Source: Gammaproteobacteria bacterium (GTDB lineage Bacteria; Pseudomonadota; Gammaproteobacteria; Magnimaribacterales; D2472). Taken from it: a stretch of DNA of 64,000 bases. The notes beneath the pieces were generated by a model that saw nothing but the letters and a program-made list of their open reading frames with translations, was not told the DNA's origin and made no database searches. A program made the position numbers and the translations under genes. Within the stretch, counting starts at the first letter, position 1. Every line of letters begins with the position of its first letter. This document shows, one piece after another, positions 1-9,833 of this stretch. The stretch is from the NCBI GenBank assembly GCA_045563715.1, contig JBJLIP010000001.1:65131-129130 (forward strand), given 5' to 3'.

Positions 1-323
1 TTATGCTTTTCATTTTCTATTTTCTTTTGAACAATTGACCTTATTACACTTGCGGTGCCTTCTGGTCTAAGGGTTATGCTTTTTTCGTTTTTATCAAAAA
101 AAGAATACAGTTCCTTGTTAACAATATCTGAAGTATCTCCAACTGATCTCTTGAATAAGCTCGAGCTCTCCAAAGCTGGGGTTCTTATTTCAGAAAATGA
201 ATAACTTTCAAAAATATTTCTAAGAATTTCCTCTGTATGAAATATCCTATTTGCAATATCTTCTTTTTGAGTCTTGTGACTTATTAGATCTAGCATGCCC
301 GAAAGAGAATGAATTTTTTCCAA
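1..323 (-). CDS. hisS: Histidyl-tRNA synthetase, N-terminal part only (gene runs off the window at position 1)
   Basis: Not in the ORF track. My translation of the minus strand from TTG at 323 gives LEKIHSLSGMLDLI...SEIRTPALESSSLFKRSVGDTSDIVNKELYSF.DKNEKSITLRPEGTASVIRS, matching the class II HisRS N-terminus and motif 1. It lies downstream of ispG, the canonical position. The TTG start is tentative. Confidence 0.8.
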   Translation of the reverse strand, partial: MEKIHSLSGMLDLISHKTQKEDIANRIFHTEEILRNIFESYSFSEIRTPALESSSLFKRSVGDTSDIVNKELYSFFDKNEKSITLRPEGTASVIRSIVQKKIENEKH

Positions 324-324
324 C

Positions 325-1428
325 TTAACTCCTCAAAATGATCTTTTCAGATTCCGTTTTATTTTTTATTACTTTTTTCCTAACTTGGTCCTCAAGCTCA
401 TTAATTAAATTTTCGTTCGAGATTTTTTTATTAGGTGCTCCATCAACGTACAAAAGGTTATTCGGACTTGCTCCAGTCAATCCAATATTAGCAGCCTTGC
501 TTTCGCCAGGGCCATTGACATAACATCCTATAATAGCAACTTCTATATCCTCTGAAATGTCTTCAAGACGCTGTTCTAGTTCATTAACAACCTTAATTAC
601 ATTAAAGTTCTGTCTTGAACAACTTGGACAAGCAATAATTTTTACACCACGACTTCTAATATTCAGACTTTTAAGAATATCCCAACCAATTTTAATTTCA
701 TCTACAGGGTCTGATGCTAAAGAAATCCTGATAGTGTCTCCAATACCTTCTGATAAAAGCATCCCTACGCCTATTGAGGATTTCACAGTTCCAGCTCTGT
801 AACTCCCCGCCTCGGTTATTCCAAGATGTAGTGGTTGATCGATTAGATTTGATATTTTTCGATATGCTTCAACAGTCATTTCAATATTAGAAGCTTTAAG
901 ACTCATCTTGTAATTTCCAAAGTTAAATTTATCTAAAATTTCAACATGTCTAAGTGCAGATTCTACAAGCGCGTCTGCATTGGGCTCGCCGTATTTTTTC
1001 TGAAGATCTTTTTCTAAAGAGCCTGCATTAACTCCAACTCTTATTGGGACATTATTATCAAAGGCTGCATTAATTACTTCTCTTACTCGATCTTCCTTGC
1101 CGATATTTCCTGGATTAATTCTTAAACAATCTGCAGTATCAGCTACTTCTAAAGCTATTTTGTAATCAAAATGAATATCAGCGACTAGTGGAATATTTAC
1201 TGCTTTTTTTATCTCTTTAAAAGCATTTGCTTCATCATATCCTGGAACTGAAACTCTTACTATATCCGCTCCTGCTAATTCTAAATCTTTGATTTGATTC
1301 ACAGTAGAAACCACATCACATGTATTTGTATTTGTCATCGACTGAATTGAGATAGGGTTGTTACCCCCCACAGGAACATTTCCTACCATAATGGTCTTGG
1401 TTTTTTTTCGTTTAATCCAGTTACTCAT
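325..1428 (-). CDS. ispG: 4-hydroxy-3-methylbut-2-en-1-yl diphosphate synthase (GcpE)
   Basis: 367 aa. Contains [20 protein letters not shown] and C-terminal Fe-S ligands CPSCSR...GCYVNGPGE. Conserved rodZ-ispG-hisS synteny. Confidence 0.95.
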   Translation of the reverse strand: MSNWIKRKKTKTIMVGNVPVGGNNPISIQSMTNTNTCDVVSTVNQIKDLELAGADIVRVSVPGYDEANAFKEIKKAVNIPLVADIHFDYKIALEVADTADCLRINPGNIGKEDRVREVINAAFDNNVPIRVGVNAGSLEKDLQKKYGEPNADALVESALRHVEILDKFNFGNYKMSLKASNIEMTVEAYRKISNLIDQPLHLGITEAGSYRAGTVKSSIGVGMLLSEGIGDTIRISLASDPVDEIKIGWDILKSLNIRSRGVKIIACPSCSRQNFNVIKVVNELEQRLEDISEDIEVAIIGCYVNGPGESKAANIGLTGASPNNLLYVDGAPNKKISNENLINELEDQVRKKVIKNKTESEKIILRS

Positions 1429-2170
1429 TTAAAAAATATATTGTGTTCACTTTAGTAAGTCTATTAGCATTAGTAATAAAATCAATGCGTTCATCATTAT
1501 ATGTACCTTTAACAAATTCAGGATTCCCAATAATAATTTTAAATGGTTTGGTTATTTCTTTAATGTACTGCCTGCCTTTACTAAAAGACTGTGCTTCTAC
1601 TAGATTTTCATCAATATAGACCTCAATCCAACATTCATTGTTACAATTAAGTATAAGTTCATTACTTTTTTGAACAGTTTTATCACTTTTAAGTTTAATT
1701 AATTTATTTTCTTTAACTGAGCTTACTACCGAAGCAATATCTTCAGAACTAATAGCTTTGCTCTCGATTGCGCTATTATCAATAATGGGTTTGTTTAATG
1801 AAAAATAAAGAAATGTTGTCACAGCCAATATAAAGATAAACATAAAAAAATATTTTAAATTCTTATTTAGAGATTTATTAAAATTAATCTCAGATGATAT
1901 TTTGTTATTTTTTCTTGTGATATCTTGTCCAAAGATATTAGGAAAGTCAGAATTAATTCCAAGATAATCATCATATTTTTTAAAATATGCTTTGGCAAAT
2001 GCCTTACTAGGGAAAATTGAATAATCGCCCTTTTCTATAGCAATTAAATAATTTTTATTTACAAATAGTTTCTTTGAAATTTGATCAACAGAATATCCTA
2101 GCTCAAGTCTTCTTTTAGAAAATTTTTTACCGATTTTTGATGAAGATGCAGATTTGAGATTATTGTTCAT
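1421..2170 (-). CDS. rodZ: Cytoskeleton/shape protein RodZ-like (HTH, single TM, DUF4115-like C-terminus)
   Basis: 249 aa. N-terminal XRE-type HTH ([18 protein letters not shown]), central hydrophobic helix ([17 protein letters not shown]). Sits between rlmN and ispG as in other gammaproteobacteria. Confidence 0.75.
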   Translation of the reverse strand: MNNNLKSASSSKIGKKFSKRRLELGYSVDQISKKLFVNKNYLIAIEKGDYSIFPSKAFAKAYFKKYDDYLGINSDFPNIFGQDITRKNNKISSEINFNKSLNKNLKYFFMFIFILAVTTFLYFSLNKPIIDNSAIESKAISSEDIASVVSSVKENKLIKLKSDKTVQKSNELILNCNNECWIEVYIDENLVEAQSFSKGRQYIKEITKPFKIIIGNPEFVKGTYNDERIDFITNANRLTKVNTIYFLNE

Positions 2171-3249
2171 TGTATCGATTTATGTGAAATTAAATGCTTT
2201 CCTTTTATCGAATTTGTAAGATTGCCAACCAATTGCCCACAAGCTCCATCAACCTCATCACCTCTAGTTATTCGTAACGTGGTTATATATCCTTTGTTCA
2301 TTAAATAATCTTTGAACAAATTAATTTTTTTCATTGTTGGTCTTCTATATGTTGATCCATTAAAGCCATTAAAAGGTATTAAATTAATCTTACAAGGCAT
2401 TGTTGATAAAAGTTTTGTTAGTTTTTTTGCGTGTTGTATTGAATCATTTACTCCATCTATGAGGATATATTCAATAGTTATACTTCTTTTATTCTCATAT
2501 TTATTCAAGTAACTTTTGCAAGCATCGATTAAAGAGCTAATAGGGTATTTATTGTTAATGGGGACTATTTCATCTCTGAGTTTGTCATCAGGAGCATGAA
2601 GGGAAACAGCTAAAGAAACGTCTATTTCATTGTAGAGTTTTTTGATATTAGGCACTATACCTGACGTACTAATAGTAATTCTTTTTCTAGAAAGTCCATA
2701 GGCTAATTGGTGCTTCATGATCTTTGCAGATTCAATAACAGCATCAAAGTTAAGCAATGGCTCACCCATACCCATAAATACTATATTTGTAATTGGTTGG
2801 CTATCTTTCTTATGAAAATTTGAAAGCCACAACTGTCCAATAATTTCATGACTTTCTAAATTCTGATCAAACCCTTGAGCTCCAGTTGCACAGAAAGTAC
2901 ATTGAAGCGCACAACCAGCTTGAGATGAGACGCATAGAGTTTTTCTTTTTTTTTCGGGCATCTCTACCATCTCTATCATTGAGCCTGATTCAAGCTCAAT
3001 AAGATATTTTATAGTACCCTCCTTAGAAATATGTTCTTCATGAATAATTGGAGGTTTTATATAAGCAAGGGACTTTAGCTTAATTCGAAGATCTTTATTA
3101 AGATCTGTCATTAAATCAAAGTCTAGAATGCCTTTTTGATGAATCCATTTTAAAACTTGTTTTGCCCTAAACTTGGGTTCATCTATCTCTAAAAAAAAAC
3201 TTTCTAGTGACTCAATAGAGCAACCTAAAAGATTTTTTTTTACTTGCAA
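2167..3249 (-). CDS. rlmN: 23S rRNA/tRNA adenine-C2 methyltransferase, radical SAM
   Basis: 360 aa. Radical-SAM CxxxCxxC (CALQCTFCATG) and RlmN N-terminus FRAKQVLKWIHQKG. Confidence 0.93.
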   Translation of the reverse strand: MQVKKNLLGCSIESLESFFLEIDEPKFRAKQVLKWIHQKGILDFDLMTDLNKDLRIKLKSLAYIKPPIIHEEHISKEGTIKYLIELESGSMIEMVEMPEKKRKTLCVSSQAGCALQCTFCATGAQGFDQNLESHEIIGQLWLSNFHKKDSQPITNIVFMGMGEPLLNFDAVIESAKIMKHQLAYGLSRKRITISTSGIVPNIKKLYNEIDVSLAVSLHAPDDKLRDEIVPINNKYPISSLIDACKSYLNKYENKRSITIEYILIDGVNDSIQHAKKLTKLLSTMPCKINLIPFNGFNGSTYRRPTMKKINLFKDYLMNKGYITTLRITRGDEVDGACGQLVGNLTNSIKGKHLISHKSIQ

Positions 3250-3250
3250 T

Positions 3251-3676
3251 TTACTTATTCAATATTTCTTTAGATGTAAAGAAATACTCAATCTCCCTTT
3301 TTGCACTATCGACTGAATCAGATCCATGAACGGCGTTGGCATCAATACTTTTTGCAAAATCTGCTCTAATTGTGCCCTCTTCGGCTTCCTGAGGATTTGT
3401 TGCACCCATGAGTTCTCTATTTTTTTGAACTGCATTATCTCCTTCGAGAACTTGAACAAAAACCGGGCCAGATGTCATGAAATTTTTTAGATCATTGAAG
3501 AATGGTTTTCCATCATGCTCAGCATAAAACCCTGATGCTGATTCATCAGATAGATGAATTAATTTTGCTGCAACTAAATGAAGACCATTCTCTTCAAATC
3601 TAGTAATAATTCTTCCAATAACATTTTTGCTAACTGCGTCAGGTTTTATAATTGATAAAGTTTGTTCTATAGCCAT
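3251..3676 (-). CDS. ndk: Nucleoside diphosphate kinase
   Basis: 141 aa. [10 protein letters not shown] and active-site NAVHGSDS. Confidence 0.96.
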   Translation of the reverse strand: MAIEQTLSIIKPDAVSKNVIGRIITRFEENGLHLVAAKLIHLSDESASGFYAEHDGKPFFNDLKNFMTSGPVFVQVLEGDNAVQKNRELMGATNPQEAEEGTIRADFAKSIDANAVHGSDSVDSAKREIEYFFTSKEILNK

Positions 3677-3713
3677 ATCTAAGTCCTAATTTTTAATGGG
3701 TATTATATTAGAG

Positions 3714-3917
3714 TTACTCTGATTCTTCTATCCAATGCATCTGAATAGCCTCAAGTATTTTTTCATTAGATTTTTTTGGATCTCCGATAAAATTTTCTAA
3801 CTGACAGACTTTTCTATGTAAATCTGGAAAACTTATCCATTGAGGATCAACTTCAGGAAATTTATCAGCTAACTCAATTGCTATATCGAAGACATCTGTC
3901 CAATCTATCATTTGCAC
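3714..3917 (-). CDS. iscX: Fe-S assembly protein IscX (YfhJ)
   Basis: 67-aa acidic protein, terminal gene of the isc operon directly after fdx. YfhJ-like sequence (FPEVDPQWISFPDLHRKV). Confidence 0.85.
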   Translation of the reverse strand: MQMIDWTDVFDIAIELADKFPEVDPQWISFPDLHRKVCQLENFIGDPKKSNEKILEAIQMHWIEESE

Positions 3918-4258
3918 TAATGATCCTCAGAAACCATATTTATATTATATTTTGGTAGTTCAATTTCTATTTCTTCATCTATAGAAGGGATTGCTTGGCA
4001 ACTCAATCTTGAGGTCTGCTCTAAACCCCATGCTTTATCCAGTAAGTCCTCTTCTATATCGCTTGCATCATCTAGTAATTCAAATCCTTTTCTTACAATG
4101 CAATGGCAAGTAGTACAGGCAGCTGACATTTCACAAGCATGTTCTATCTTTATATTATTCCTTAGGGCTGCTTCACAAATTGTTTCATCTGGCAGTGAGT
4201 CAATTTGAGCACCATCAGGACATATTTCCTCATGAGGCCATATTTTTATTTTTGCCAT
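3917..4258 (-). CDS. fdx: ISC-type [2Fe-2S] ferredoxin
   Basis: 113 aa. Cys ligands in CEMSAACTTCHC...LSCQ. Near-colinear with E. coli Fdx as I recall it (LPH..CPDGA, DKAWGLE..SRLSCQ). Confidence 0.93.
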   Translation of the reverse strand: MAKIKIWPHEEICPDGAQIDSLPDETICEAALRNNIKIEHACEMSAACTTCHCIVRKGFELLDDASDIEEDLLDKAWGLEQTSRLSCQAIPSIDEEIEIELPKYNINMVSEDH

Positions 4259-4261
4259 TAT

Positions 4262-4603
4262 TTAAAATGTAAAACTTTCGCCACATCCACAAACTGCTTT
4301 TGCGTTAGGGTTGACGAACTTGATACCTTTATTGAGACCATTATCAACGTAATCGATTAAACTTCCTTTTAAAAAATTAAAACTTTTGTTGTCAACAAAG
4401 ATAGTGCAATTTTCTTTTTTAAAGCTTACATAATTCTCTTGAACATCATCGACAAAATCAAATGTATATTCATATCCAGAGCAACCAGATTCTTTTACAC
4501 CAATTTTTATTCCAGTACCTTTTCCTCGCAGGTTAAGCATCTCACTAAAATGATTCAATGCACTATCAGAGAAATTAAGTTCTTCTGGATTAAAAGTACT
4601 CAT
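4262..4603 (-). CDS. iscA: Iron-sulfur cluster A-type carrier IscA
   Basis: 113 aa. SGCSGYEY and C-terminal CGCGESF. Confidence 0.92.
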   Translation of the reverse strand: MSTFNPEELNFSDSALNHFSEMLNLRGKGTGIKIGVKESGCSGYEYTFDFVDDVQENYVSFKKENCTIFVDNKSFNFLKGSLIDYVDNGLNKGIKFVNPNAKAVCGCGESFTF

Positions 4604-4608
4604 AGTTA

Positions 4609-5013
4609 TTATTGCTTAGCTTCGTAATCCTCAATTGCTTGCCTTATTGAATCTTCAGCAAGTACAGAACAATGAATTTTGATAGGCGGTAATTCAAGTG
4701 CCTCTACAATTTCAACATTCTTTATAGCTTTAGCCTCTTCGAGAGTTTTGCCTATTAACATTTCAACAAGCTCGCTGGAAGAAGCTATTGCAGAACCGCA
4801 ACCATAAGTCTTAAATTTTACATCTTTTATAATGTGAGTATTGCCCTTAGCTTCACATTTAATTTGCAATTTCATAACATCACCACATGCTGGTGCCCCA
4901 ACCATTCCCGTACCAACGTTCGTTTCTTTTGGATCAAATCTTCCAACTTTAAAAGCCTCTGGGTTATTTAACGTATTTTCAAATTTTTCAACAACTTTTT
5001 TACTATATGCCAT
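4609..5013 (-). CDS. iscU: Fe-S cluster scaffold IscU
   Basis: 134 aa. GAPACGD, TYGCGSAIASSS, IHCSVLAED. Confidence 0.96.
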   Translation of the reverse strand: MAYSKKVVEKFENTLNNPEAFKVGRFDPKETNVGTGMVGAPACGDVMKLQIKCEAKGNTHIIKDVKFKTYGCGSAIASSSELVEMLIGKTLEEAKAIKNVEIVEALELPPIKIHCSVLAEDSIRQAIEDYEAKQ

Positions 5014-5022
5014 ATAAACCTC

Positions 5023-6243
5023 CTAATGCATATTCCATTCAACTTTATCAAGATCAATGCCATCAAGATGCATCTCCCACAAAGGTGAAAGTTCTCTTAA
5101 TCTATGAACAACGTTTCCTAATATATCTAAAGTATTCTTAACATCATCATCGTTTGTAAATCTTCCAAATGAAAACCTTATTGAGCTATGAGCTAATTCA
5201 TCTTTTCTTCCTAGCGCTCTCAAAACATAAGAGGGTTCTAGACTTGCAGATGTACATGCAGATCCCGACGACACAGCAATATCTTTCAAACCCATAATTA
5301 AAGATTCGCCTTCAACAAAATTAAAGCTTACATTAAGAATATTTGGTACTTTGTTATTTATATCGCCATTAATATAAACATGATCTATTTCTTTTACTTT
5401 TTCAAGGAAATCTTGATGAAATTTATTTATTTTTTTATGATCTTCCGACATCTCTGCTTTTGCAATTCTAAATGCCTCACCCATGCCAACGATTTGATGG
5501 GTTGCTAATGTTCCGGATCGCATTCCTCTTTCGTGGCCACCGCCATGAATAAGTGCTTCTAGCCTTACTCTTGGTTTGCGTCTTACATAAAGTGCACCTA
5601 TCCCTTTGGGTCCATATGTCTTATGTGCTGAAAATGACATTAAATCAACAGGTATACTAGATAAATCTATATTAATCTTACCAGTGCTTTGAGCAGCATC
5701 CACGTGAAAAAAAGCACCTCCATTTCTTACAATTTCACCAATTTTTTTCAGGTCATTAACTGTACCTAGCTCATTATTAATATGCATAACAGATACTAGT
5801 ACTGTTGAATCTTTCATAGCATCTTTGACAGATTCAGGACTTATAACACCGCCCTCGTCAGGATCAAGGTATGTGACCTCAAAACCTTCCCTTTCAAGCT
5901 GTCGACATGGATCTAAGACGGCCTTATGTTCAATCTTGGATGTAATTATGTGGTTTCCTTTATTTTTATAGAATCTGGCAACGCCCTTGATGGCAAGGTT
6001 ATCAGCTTCAGTAGCGCCTGATGTCCAAACTATTTCACGAGGATCACAATTTACTAGATTGGCAACATGTGATCTCGCCTCTTCAACAGCCTCGTCGGCT
6101 TTCCATCCAAATCTATGTGATCTTGACGCAGGATTACCAAACTCGCCTTCAGGAGTCAAAAATTCCATCATTTTGGAAGCTACCCTTGGATCAACTGGTG
6201 TTGTTGAAGCATAGTCCAAATAAATTGTAGATTGTGTGCTCAT
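5023..6243 (-). CDS. iscS: Cysteine desulfurase IscS
   Basis: 406 aa. PLP lysine context [12 protein letters not shown], catalytic loop SSGSACTS, C-terminal SPLWEM. Confidence 0.96.
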   Translation of the reverse strand: MSTQSTIYLDYASTTPVDPRVASKMMEFLTPEGEFGNPASRSHRFGWKADEAVEEARSHVANLVNCDPREIVWTSGATEADNLAIKGVARFYKNKGNHIITSKIEHKAVLDPCRQLEREGFEVTYLDPDEGGVISPESVKDAMKDSTVLVSVMHINNELGTVNDLKKIGEIVRNGGAFFHVDAAQSTGKINIDLSSIPVDLMSFSAHKTYGPKGIGALYVRRKPRVRLEALIHGGGHERGMRSGTLATHQIVGMGEAFRIAKAEMSEDHKKINKFHQDFLEKVKEIDHVYINGDINNKVPNILNVSFNFVEGESLIMGLKDIAVSSGSACTSASLEPSYVLRALGRKDELAHSSIRFSFGRFTNDDDVKNTLDILGNVVHRLRELSPLWEMHLDGIDLDKVEWNMH

Positions 6244-6678
6244 CTAATTTATCTCTTTAACCTTAATATATGGGTTGTTGTATGATTCTACAAGGCTGTA
6301 TATAGTAATTTTTTCTAAATAATCCTCAACAATGTTATTGAGCTCATGCCATAAATCATGAGTGCTACATTTTTTGCCATTATGGCAGGCTGATGTTCCA
6401 TTGCATTTAGTTGCATCGAGTATTTCATCAACTGCATTCATAACTTCTTTTATTGAAATAGATGCAGGATCCTTGGCATACAAGTATCCACCATTTCTTC
6501 CTCTAATGCTCTTAACGATTCCAGCCAGTCGAAGTTTTCGAAAAATCTGTTCTAAATATGTAAGCTCTATATTTTGATTATTAGATATATCGCTTAGAGA
6601 GACAGGTCCCGAAGACTGTAAAAAGCTCAATTCAGTAAGTGCACTAACAGCATATCTGCTTTTTGTAGTTAATCTCAC
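6244..6678 (-). CDS. iscR: Rrf2-family Fe-S transcriptional regulator IscR (GTG start)
   Basis: 144 aa. The N-terminus [14 protein letters not shown] aligns with E. coli IscR MRLTSKGRYAV. Cluster ligands are in [17 protein letters not shown]. First gene of the isc operon. Confidence 0.92.
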   Translation of the reverse strand: MRLTTKSRYAVSALTELSFLQSSGPVSLSDISNNQNIELTYLEQIFRKLRLAGIVKSIRGRNGGYLYAKDPASISIKEVMNAVDEILDATKCNGTSACHNGKKCSTHDLWHELNNIVEDYLEKITIYSLVESYNNPYIKVKEIN

Positions 6679-6684
6679 GTGTGA

Positions 6685-6712
6685 ATTATAAATACCTGAC
6701 TATTTTAGTCAA
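6685..6712 (-). promoter_or_regulatory. Near-consensus sigma70-type promoter for iscR (TTGACT-16 nt-TATAAT)
   Basis: The minus strand reads cTTGACTaaaatagtcaggtattTATAATtcacacGTG. The -10 box ends 6 nt before the GTG start codon. The -35 box overlaps the purC stop codon. Confidence 0.55.
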
Positions 6713-6716
6713 GTTT
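6692..6716 (-). promoter_or_regulatory. IscR type-1 binding site
   Basis: Minus strand AAACTTGACTAAAATAGTCAGGTAT versus the type-1 consensus ATASYYGACTRWWWYAGTCRRSTAT (recalled from the E. coli literature) gives 24/25 matches. It spans the -35 box and spacer of the predicted iscR promoter. Confidence 0.7.
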
Positions 6717-7425
6717 CTATATTCATACCCAGTCTATCAGCTACTTGATGATAAGATTCAACTACATCACCCAAACCCTGTCTAAATCTATCTTTATCCA
6801 TTTTTTTCATAGTCTGTGAGTCCCATAGCCTACAACCATCAGGAGTAAATTCATCAGCTAGAATAATCTTATCTTTGTATATTCCGTATTCAACCTTGAA
6901 ATCTACTAATATTAATCCAGAGTTAAGAAAAAGCTTTGAAAGTATATTATTTACTTTGTATGTTTGTTCTTTCATATCTTTAATTTGTTCAAGATTAGCC
7001 CAGCCAAATGAAAGAATATGCTCGTCATTGATTAATGGATCTCCCAACTCATCGTCTTTTAAGAAAAATTCAAATAATGGATTCTCTAGCACCAAACCAT
7101 CCTCTGTTCCTAATCTCTTACATATTGATCCAGAGGCTCTGTTTCTAATTACACATTCAATTGGGAACATATCTAGTTTGTATACGAGAGAGTCAGTACT
7201 ATCAATTACCTCTATTAAATGAGTTTCGACACCATTTTCTTTTAAATGCTCCATAATAAAAGCATTAAATTGATTGTTAACTGCTCCCTTTCCTAAAAGA
7301 GCCTCTTTCTTTTTACCATCAAAAGCTGAGGTATCATCACTGAAATGCATGATCAGATGATCATCATTCTCAGTCGTGTACATTGATTTTGCTTTACCTT
7401 TTGTTATTTCATTAATTTTTTTCAT
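6709..7425 (-). CDS. purC: Phosphoribosylaminoimidazole-succinocarboxamide (SAICAR) synthase
   Basis: 238 aa. GKAKSMYTT, SDDTSAFDG, LADEFTPDGCRLWD. dapA-bamC-purC synteny as in E. coli. Confidence 0.94.
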   Translation of the reverse strand: MKKINEITKGKAKSMYTTENDDHLIMHFSDDTSAFDGKKKEALLGKGAVNNQFNAFIMEHLKENGVETHLIEVIDSTDSLVYKLDMFPIECVIRNRASGSICKRLGTEDGLVLENPLFEFFLKDDELGDPLINDEHILSFGWANLEQIKDMKEQTYKVNNILSKLFLNSGLILVDFKVEYGIYKDKIILADEFTPDGCRLWDSQTMKKMDKDRFRQGLGDVVESYHQVADRLGMNIET

Positions 7426-8411
7426 TAGCTTAAAGATTCGTTGATTTTTGATAAAAGTTGTTCTGAATCAGAAATATTACCATCTTTTGAAATTGCTCTC
7501 ACGAAACTTTTACCATTTTCTTCTTTTATTGTTATTTCAAATTGAGATTCTTCACCGAGAACAATTTCTTGTGAATCCTTACTTTTGCTTCTGCCACCAA
7601 ATAAGCCAAATAAACCCCTTTCTTCTTCTTTTGCATAACTTACAAAAAACACGCCGTTACTTCTATCTCTATCATTTGTAATTATATCAGCTGCTATCAA
7701 AGCTCTGCTAACAGAAGACCATGCGCGATCAAAATTTAGATCTAATGCTATTACAGTCTTGCCATCTTCTGTAAAGATATTGGCTTTTTTCATTTCGTTA
7801 AGATTTTGTGCAGCTAAAGATGTTCCTGAAAAATTAGATACTGAGGCAGCAAAATACTCTACTATCTTTTCAAGCTCTTGCTGAACAAAATCTGGATTGC
7901 TCTCAATATCTCCACTACTTTTATTAATTGGGTAAAGAAATATTTCTGTTGAGGCTTCTTTTATTCCGTGCTCAACTTTCATTTGTAGTTTGGTTTCAAT
8001 ATTAAAATCAACTTCGATCTCTCCAGATATTGGATCTGCGCCAACGACTTCGTATTTGGAGGTATCCCAATAATTCTTAGCAATTGGCCAAGATGTTGAT
8101 GGAAGGGTTTCTATATAAATCCACATTAACTCACCAAGCCTTCTTAACTGAACTGAGCTATTTCCTGATGAAGCAAAAATTTGCCTAGGTTTTGGCACTT
8201 CAAGAACATTATCAATTTCTTCAAGGTCAATTACAGGATAATGATTTTCTGAGTTAGGTTTTGAAAGGGATCCTGGCAAAGCAATATCTTCTTCTACTTT
8301 TTCATCTAGAAAATCATATTTTTTATCAGGAAAATATCCATCGGGACCGCCTATTGTTGAACAAGCACTTAAAAAGAAAGTTATTAAAACAAGCGAGTAT
8401 GTTATTTTCAT
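7425..8411 (-). CDS. bamC: Outer-membrane assembly lipoprotein BamC (NlpB)
   Basis: 328 aa. Lipobox FFLSAC. Region LEVPKPRQIF...WPIAKNYW resembles E. coli BamC LDIRPPAQP...WPQVVSVL. Sits between dapA and purC. Confidence 0.72.
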   Translation of the reverse strand: MKITYSLVLITFFLSACSTIGGPDGYFPDKKYDFLDEKVEEDIALPGSLSKPNSENHYPVIDLEEIDNVLEVPKPRQIFASSGNSSVQLRRLGELMWIYIETLPSTSWPIAKNYWDTSKYEVVGADPISGEIEVDFNIETKLQMKVEHGIKEASTEIFLYPINKSSGDIESNPDFVQQELEKIVEYFAASVSNFSGTSLAAQNLNEMKKANIFTEDGKTVIALDLNFDRAWSSVSRALIAADIITNDRDRSNGVFFVSYAKEEERGLFGLFGGRSKSKDSQEIVLGEESQFEITIKEENGKSFVRAISKDGNISDSEQLLSKINESLS

Positions 8412-9301
8412 AATAATTTTAATTTTACCATTTCTGACATTATATTTTCTTCAAATTTCTTATCAAGATTAACCAGAGGTAATCTTATAGAATTTTTAAT
8501 AAATCCCATCTTAAATAAGATCCACTTTACAGGAATGGGATTGGATTCAACAAATAATAAATCATAAAGGGTTTGATTTTTTTTATTTAACTCAGCGGCT
8601 TCCATAATTCTTTCTTCCATTATTAACTTACATATATCAGATATAGATTTAGGTATTACATTTGCAGCAACTGATATTACTCCATGTCCTCCTGAAGTCA
8701 TCAAGTTAAAGAAAGACTCATCATCTCCAGAAAAAATTAGGAAATCCTCTTTAGATTCCTTAGAGATTTTAAGTAATTCATTAATCCTTTCTTGATTGTT
8801 TAAGGCTTCTTTTATTCCAATTATATTTTGGTGTTTAGAGAGAATTTCTACAGTTTCAGGCAATATATCACACGCTGTTCTGGAAGGTACATTGTAAAGA
8901 ATTTGTTTAATATTGCATGACTCAGCAATCTTTATATAGTGCTCTATGAGTCCTTTTTGATTTGGTCTATTGTAATAAGGAGTTACAAGTAATGAAAAAT
9001 CTGCTCCAATTTTTTGAGACTCAATCGTGGTCTCTATTGCCTGAGCGGTTGAGTTTGAACCTGAACCAGCAATAACAGGAATTCTTCCTTTGACACACTT
9101 AACAGTATGCTCAATAACCTTAAGATGTTCATCAACTGTTAATGTTGCGGATTCCCCTGTTGTTCCTACCGATACAATACCATTAGTATCATTAGCAATA
9201 TGCCATTCAATTAACTTTTCAAGAGAATCAAAATCGACTTGCCCCCCTAAATCCATAGGAGTCACTAAAGCTACTAAACTACCATGTAACGCTTGCATCA
9301 T
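8408..9301 (-). CDS. dapA: 4-hydroxy-tetrahydrodipicolinate synthase
   Basis: 297 aa. GSLVALVTPM, VSVGTTGESATLT, YNVPSRT. Confidence 0.95.
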   Translation of the reverse strand: MMQALHGSLVALVTPMDLGGQVDFDSLEKLIEWHIANDTNGIVSVGTTGESATLTVDEHLKVIEHTVKCVKGRIPVIAGSGSNSTAQAIETTIESQKIGADFSLLVTPYYNRPNQKGLIEHYIKIAESCNIKQILYNVPSRTACDILPETVEILSKHQNIIGIKEALNNQERINELLKISKESKEDFLIFSGDDESFFNLMTSGGHGVISVAANVIPKSISDICKLIMEERIMEAAELNKKNQTLYDLLFVESNPIPVKWILFKMGFIKNSIRLPLVNLDKKFEENIMSEMVKLKLL

Positions 9302-9365
9302 TTTTAAAATAAGTAAAAATATGACTATACACTATTTTTAAATATAACTTATATAAGGAGAAGAT

Positions 9366-9833
9366 ATGGTGAAAAAAATGGTTGGTAAAAAATGTCCAAA
9401 ATTTGAAGGAGAATGTACAAGCGGCTTAACTCTATCAAATAAAAGTTTTGTTGGTCGTAATTTAGTAATTTATTTTTACCCCAAAGACAGCACTCCTGGA
9501 TGTACAACAGAAGGTCAGGAATTTAGAGATAATTATAAATTATTTAAAAAATTTAATACTGAAATCATTGGGGTATCAAGAGATAGCATCAAGTCTCATG
9601 AAAACTTTAAATTGAAACAATCATTTCCATTTGAACTGTTATCAGATCCAGATGAAAAAATGTGCAAGACTTTTGATGTTATGAAGTTGAAATCAATGTA
9701 TGGAAGAGAGTATATGGGAGTTGATAGATGTACTTTTTTAATTAATCACGATGGAAAAGTTATAAAAGAGTGGAGATCTGTAAAGGTTAAAGGTCATGTC
9801 GATGAAGTTCTAGCTACTGTAAAAGAACTTTAG
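9366..9833 (+). CDS. bcp: Thiol peroxidase / peroxiredoxin Bcp
   Basis: 155 aa. YFYPKDSTPGCTTE peroxidatic Cys motif. AAGGAG Shine-Dalgarno a few nt upstream of the ATG. Adjacent to dapA as in E. coli. Confidence 0.92.
   Translation: MVKKMVGKKCPKFEGECTSGLTLSNKSFVGRNLVIYFYPKDSTPGCTTEGQEFRDNYKLFKKFNTEIIGVSRDSIKSHENFKLKQSFPFELLSDPDEKMCKTFDVMKLKSMYGREYMGVDRCTFLINHDGKVIKEWRSVKVKGHVDEVLATVKEL

Noticed and set aside
338-802. The remaining short opposite-strand ORFs in the track. Examples are 338-523, 557-802, 2312-2512, 5987-6230, 6362-6577, 6875-7222, 7448-7681, 9090-9341, 12471-12704, 19365-19688, 20192-20407, 20867-21088, 22233-22475, 26077-26367, 26767-27036, 29128-29382, 42503-42826, 43760-43987, 45593-45892, 50939-51517, 54118-54330 and 57119-58213.
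   Set aside because: Each lies wholly within a well-supported conserved gene on the other strand. None has motifs or its own translation signals.
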